NCBI RefSeq assembly: GCF_965261555.1
Contig: NZ_OZ253465.1
Location: 878,667 to 942,666 of the forward strand
DNA from: Candidatus Palauibacter sp.
GTDB taxonomy: Bacteria > Gemmatimonadota > Gemmatimonadetes > Palauibacterales > Palauibacteraceae
DNA: 64,000 nucleotides
Reading direction: 5' to 3'
The notes beneath the pieces are model-generated. The model was given only the letters and a program-made list of their open reading frames with translations, searched no databases and had not been told where the DNA came from. Positions 60,296-64,000 of this stretch are shown here, piece after piece; within the stretch, counting starts at the first letter, position 1, and every line of letters starts with the position of its first letter. A program made the position numbers and the translations under genes.

Positions 60296-63200
60296 GCGGG
60301 CAACTCGCGTCGCTGCTCCGAGCGGCCGCGCGACCTTGCCCGCCGCGCCAGCCAACGCTGGTGGATCGAGGTCAGCGCCGGCACGAGGAACATCAGCAGG
60401 ACCGTGGTGAAGAGGATGCCGCAGCCGATCGAAGCGGAGAAGGGCACGAAGAACTGGGCCTGAATCGCGTCTTCGAGGATGAGGGGCGTGAAGCCGAGGA
60501 AGGTGGTCAGCGACGTCAGCATGATCGGGCGGAAACGCCCCTTGGCACCCTCGATGATCGCTTCTCGTGCCGGCAGGCCTTCCTCGAACTCCTGGTCGAT
60601 GAAGTCGATCATGACCAGGGAGTCGTTCACCACCACGCCGGCGAGGCCGAAGACCCCGATGAAGGACTCGGAGCTGAGTGCGACACCCAGGACCCAGTGG
60701 CCCAGAATCACCCCGATCAACCCGAACGGGATGATAGCCATAATGATGATCGGCTTGGTATACGAGCGCAGCGGAATCGCGAGCAGCGCGAAGATCATGA
60801 TCATGGCGATCCCGAAGCCGGGGCCCAGCGCATTCAGGGATTCCAGCTGCTGCTGCGGTTCACCTCCGAAGGTGTAGGTCAGTTCCGGGTCCTCGGCGAC
60901 GATCCCCGCGAGGATGTCGTCTTCCAGAATGCGGTTGGCGCGCCCGCCGGATATCACCTCCGGATCCACATCCGCAGTGACCCTGACGATGCGCTGGCCG
61001 TCCTGGCGATGGATGGCGGGCGGCGACATGCCCGAGCTCAGCGAAGCCACACGGCTCACCGGGACCTCGGCGCCGCCGGCCGTCCGAACCAGCGAACTTT
61101 CGATGTCGGTGATCGAGTTGCGCTGCTCCTCGGGCAGCCGCACGTACACCCGAACCTCTTCGCGGCCGCGCTGCACCCTTAGCGCCTCCGCGCCGAAGAA
61201 CGCGGCTCGCGTCTGCCAGGCGAGGTCGTCGAGGGTGAGACCGAGAGTTCGTGCCTCGGGTAGCAGGCCCAGCTGGATTTCCGGGATGCCGGGGGTGTGG
61301 TCGGAGCGTATGTCGTGGACGCCGCCCACTTCGCGGAGGCGATTGACGACCGTGGTTGCGACCCCGGGGAGCTGCCCCGGGTCCGGATGGGACAGTACGG
61401 CCTCCACGGGGTTGCCCAGGTCGTAGATCTGGCCGCTGATGGTGACCGCGCGCACATAGGGCAGGACACCCAGTTCCTCGCGCCACGCCTGCACGACTTC
61501 CGCGGTTGGAATCCGCCGGTGCTGCGCGTCCAGGAGCTTGAACGAGATGCTGGCGACATTGGGCTCCGGGTTCAACCTGAGGTTGGGACTGAGCCCCCCT
61601 CCATCGACCCGCGGCCGTTGACCGACCGTAATCGTTACCCCGGACAGCAGGGGCGGTGCATCGGCGGGCCTGTCTGCGGAGATCCGCTCGATGACCCGGT
61701 GGCCGGCCGCCTCCAACTCGCGCGCCACCTCGTAGGTTCGCTGGGCCGTCGTCCCGTCCGGCATCTCCAGGGTGGCCGTTGCGAAATCGCCTTCGACCTC
61801 CGTGGCAAAGGTGAACGGAACGATGCCCGCCGGCAGCAAGGCAAGGCACAGGACGAGCAGGGCGATTGCGGACGCGAGCGTCACTCCGGGTCGATCGGTC
61901 GCGAAACTCACGCCGCGGTGCAGGGGGCCCTGCACGAATCTGCCCAACTGCAGATCGACCTGAGCCTGAATCCGGGATACGAATCGCCCAAGGCGCGTTC
62001 GGGGCGCCCACTCCGGTCCGTGGAGGTGGTGAGAGAGGTGGTTGGGCAACACCAGCAGCGATTCGATCACCGAAATCACCAGCATCGCGATGACGATGGT
62101 CGGCAGCGCCTTCCAGATTTCTCCGATCCCTCCTGGAATGAAGAGCAGAGGAGAGAACGCGGCGATGGTGGTCAGCACTGCGAAGATGAGAGGCACTTTG
62201 ATTCGCCGGGCCCCGCGTATCGCCGCGACGACGCCCGGCGTGCCCCGCATTCGTTCCAGGTGGATGTACTCGGAGACGACGACCGCATCGTCCACCACGA
62301 TTCCGATGGCGAGCACGAACGAGAAGAGGGAGACCGCGTGGATGGCGAGGTCGAACGCCATCATCGCGGCCAGGGCACCGACGCCGGACACCCCGAGGCC
62401 GACGGCTACCCAGAAGGCAAGCCGGAGTTCGAGAAACAGTCCCAAGGCCAACAGCACCAGCAACAGCCCGAGAAGACCATTCTTCATGAGGATGCCGGCG
62501 CGCTCCTCGAAGGCATCGGATGCGTCGTTCAAGATGGTGACGCCCACGCCGTCCGGGAGTGACGGGGCCACCTCGTCGGCGACGTACTGCCGAACGGCGC
62601 CCGCCACATTCATCACCTTCTCGCCCTCGGCCCTCGATACCTCGACGAAGACGGCCGGCAGACCGTCGTGCCGGACGATCAGGTCCAGGTCCTGGAAGCC
62701 GTCGCGCACCTCGGCGATGTCGCCCAGTCGTACCACCGTGCCGTCCCCGCGGCTGAGCAGTACGATCTCCTCGAAGTCCTGCTGATCGTAGCTCTGTCCC
62801 AGGGTGCGCACCCTCACCTGGGACTGCTCGGTGTCGATGCTGCCGGCGGACAGATCCAGCGAACTGCGGCGAATTGTGTTTGCGATATCGGGGAGCGTGA
62901 GTCCAAGCGCTCTGAGCCGCTGCAGCGGCACTTCGATCGAGATCTCATAGTTGCGGATGCCGCTCGTCTCTACCTGCGAGACGGAAGGCAGCGCGGCGAG
63001 TTCATCCTCGATCCGGTAGGCAAGCTCCTTCAACGTTCGCTCGGGGGCATCGCCGTAGACGGCCAGGCGCATGATGCTCTCGGCGTTGGTCAGCTCCCTG
63101 ATCTGGGGCCGCTCGGCTTCTCCCGGGAACGTCTGGATTCGGCCGACCGCCGCTTCCACCTCGGCCACGGCATCGTTCATCTCCGTGCCCGACCGCATTT

Positions 63201-63513
63201 CCACCCTGACCGACGCCATGCCCGGGGCCGCCACGGACTTCACCGCCTTCACGTTGCCCAGCCCTTCGACCTCGTCCTCGATCTTGGCGACGATGGACTC
63301 CTCGACCTCCTCGGGGGTGGCGCCCGGATAGGCGACGGAGACCTCGACCTGGTTGAAGGGCACGGTGGGCCAGGCTTCCAGCTCGAGCCCGAAGAACGAG
63401 GCCACGCCCGCGACGAGAATGCCGACCATCAGCAGATTGGCGGCCACGCTGTTGCTCGCCATGTAGGCGATGGGGCCGCCGGGTTCGCCGTGATTCCTTC
63501 CGTTCGAAGTCAT
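60292..63513 (-). CDS. RND efflux transporter permease (AcrB/HAE1-type, 12 TM, two large periplasmic loops)
   Basis: 1073 aa. Canonical AcrB-like organisation and motifs (...SIVAKIEDEVEGL..., ...AIGIVVDDAVVVSE..., ...GLAGVVVNDSLVMIDF...). Confidence 0.85.
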   Translation of the reverse strand: MTSNGRNHGEPGGPIAYMASNSVAANLLMVGILVAGVASFFGLELEAWPTVPFNQVEVSVAYPGATPEEVEESIVAKIEDEVEGLGNVKAVKSVAAPGMASVRVEMRSGTEMNDAVAEVEAAVGRIQTFPGEAERPQIRELTNAESIMRLAVYGDAPERTLKELAYRIEDELAALPSVSQVETSGIRNYEISIEVPLQRLRALGLTLPDIANTIRRSSLDLSAGSIDTEQSQVRVRTLGQSYDQQDFEEIVLLSRGDGTVVRLGDIAEVRDGFQDLDLIVRHDGLPAVFVEVSRAEGEKVMNVAGAVRQYVADEVAPSLPDGVGVTILNDASDAFEERAGILMKNGLLGLLLVLLALGLFLELRLAFWVAVGLGVSGVGALAAMMAFDLAIHAVSLFSFVLAIGIVVDDAVVVSEYIHLERMRGTPGVVAAIRGARRIKVPLIFAVLTTIAAFSPLLFIPGGIGEIWKALPTIVIAMLVISVIESLLVLPNHLSHHLHGPEWAPRTRLGRFVSRIQAQVDLQLGRFVQGPLHRGVSFATDRPGVTLASAIALLVLCLALLPAGIVPFTFATEVEGDFATATLEMPDGTTAQRTYEVARELEAAGHRVIERISADRPADAPPLLSGVTITVGQRPRVDGGGLSPNLRLNPEPNVASISFKLLDAQHRRIPTAEVVQAWREELGVLPYVRAVTISGQIYDLGNPVEAVLSHPDPGQLPGVATTVVNRLREVGGVHDIRSDHTPGIPEIQLGLLPEARTLGLTLDDLAWQTRAAFFGAEALRVQRGREEVRVYVRLPEEQRNSITDIESSLVRTAGGAEVPVSRVASLSSGMSPPAIHRQDGQRIVRVTADVDPEVISGGRANRILEDDILAGIVAEDPELTYTFGGEPQQQLESLNALGPGFGIAMIMIFALLAIPLRSYTKPIIIMAIIPFGLIGVILGHWVLGVALSSESFIGVFGLAGVVVNDSLVMIDFIDQEFEEGLPAREAIIEGAKGRFRPIMLTSLTTFLGFTPLILEDAIQAQFFVPFSASIGCGILFTTVLLMFLVPALTSIHQRWLARRARSRGRSEQRRELPA

Positions 63514-63650
63514 TGTGCCGGTTCAGCCTCGGTCGGAACGGGGATCGTCGTTATCAGGAGGCTACAGGTAAGAAGGGGTGGCAGGCGAGGCTTCCCGAAT
63601 CGGGCCGGACCGTCCACGGCGGCCGTCCGGCCCGGAACCCGCGTCGGAGC

Positions 63651-64000
63651 TCACCGCGCCGGATCGGTTCCGGTCTGAACGCGCATGCCTTCGGCGGCGA
63701 ATTGAATGCCACCGGTGATCACGGCCTGGCCGTTCTCGAGGGAACCGGTCACAAATACCTCGTCGTCAGCGCGCTGCAGCACGCGGACCGGAATGATGCT
63801 CACGACACCCGCTTCGCTCACCGCCCAGACTTCGTTGCCCGTTTGTAGCGCCGCGCGTGGTACGCGAAAATAATCCTCCGGTGAAACACCGTCGATTTCC
63901 ACTTCCACGAACTTGCCGACCAGCAGGGGAGGGCTGCCGGACGCGCTGGATGCGCTCGCGGAGACGCCCGCCGCAAAGGGGTCGGACACGCGCACGATCA
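63651..64000 (-). CDS. RND periplasmic adaptor (membrane fusion protein), C-terminal part; gene continues beyond the window
   Basis: C-terminal beta-barrel/MP domain of HlyD-family adaptors (...GKFVEVEIDG...VPRAALQTGNEVWAVSEAGVVSIIPVRVLQRADDEVFVTGSL.NGQAVITGG...). Start lies past position 64000. Confidence 0.6.
   Translation of the reverse strand, partial: IVRVSDPFAAGVSASASSASGSPPLLVGKFVEVEIDGVSPEDYFRVPRAALQTGNEVWAVSEAGVVSIIPVRVLQRADDEVFVTGSLENGQAVITGGIQFAAEGMRVQTGTDPAR

Overview
High-GC (roughly 68-70%) bacterial chromosomal segment. It is densely packed with genes for secreted proteins, lipoproteins and hydrolases, and many adjacent genes are linked by 4-nt ATGA/GTGA start/stop overlaps. 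The gene content (many lipoproteins, a TonB-dependent receptor, a large-form NagB, CarboxypepD_reg domains, NHL/LVIVD propellers) suggests a Gemmatimonadota-like organism, but that is inference only. No rRNA, tRNA or CRISPR array was recognised by eye.

The housekeeping and peptidase-rich left part contains a HigB/HigA-like toxin-antitoxin pair, a Big_2 plus plant-type LRR lipoprotein, a DUF305 protein, an LVIVD protein and a cupin. It also holds an apparently N-terminally truncated S15-like peptidase, a D-aminoacylase-like amidohydrolase, rph, a cyclophilin, an S9 peptidase, a DUF885 protein and a beta-lactamase-like serine hydrolase. Two NHL-repeat lipoprotein paralogs lie here; one of them and the next gene are each preceded by a near-identical ~64-bp non-coding block plus a conserved start-codon module. 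A three-gene operon follows (membrane protein, secreted protein with two HxHP motifs, PP-loop ATPase), then htpX.

Further right there is a frameshifted beta-class DNA methyltransferase with a coupled small ORF. A likely catabolic island follows, with amidohydrolases, an MFS transporter, two sulfite-oxidase-family molybdoenzymes, an amidase and a TonB-dependent receptor. Then come an M16 peptidase and a NagB-LmbE fusion deaminase. A LysW amino-group-carrier cluster (lysW-lysX-lysY-Ntn hydrolase-lysZ-lysJ) comes next, in which an EgtC/YafJ-type Ntn amidohydrolase sits where LysK would be expected.

The most striking locus is at the right end. An unmistakable Erg6-type sterol C-24 methyltransferase is translationally coupled to an MFP-RND efflux pump. 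Next to it are a cytochrome P450 carrying an N-terminal GPP34/GOLPH3-like domain and a convergent Rieske non-haem-iron oxygenase of the KshA/SdmA/Neverland type. An outer-membrane-barrel remnant and a short integrase-like C-terminal remnant lie between the SMT and the P450. This is a candidate bacterial sterol modification and trafficking cluster.
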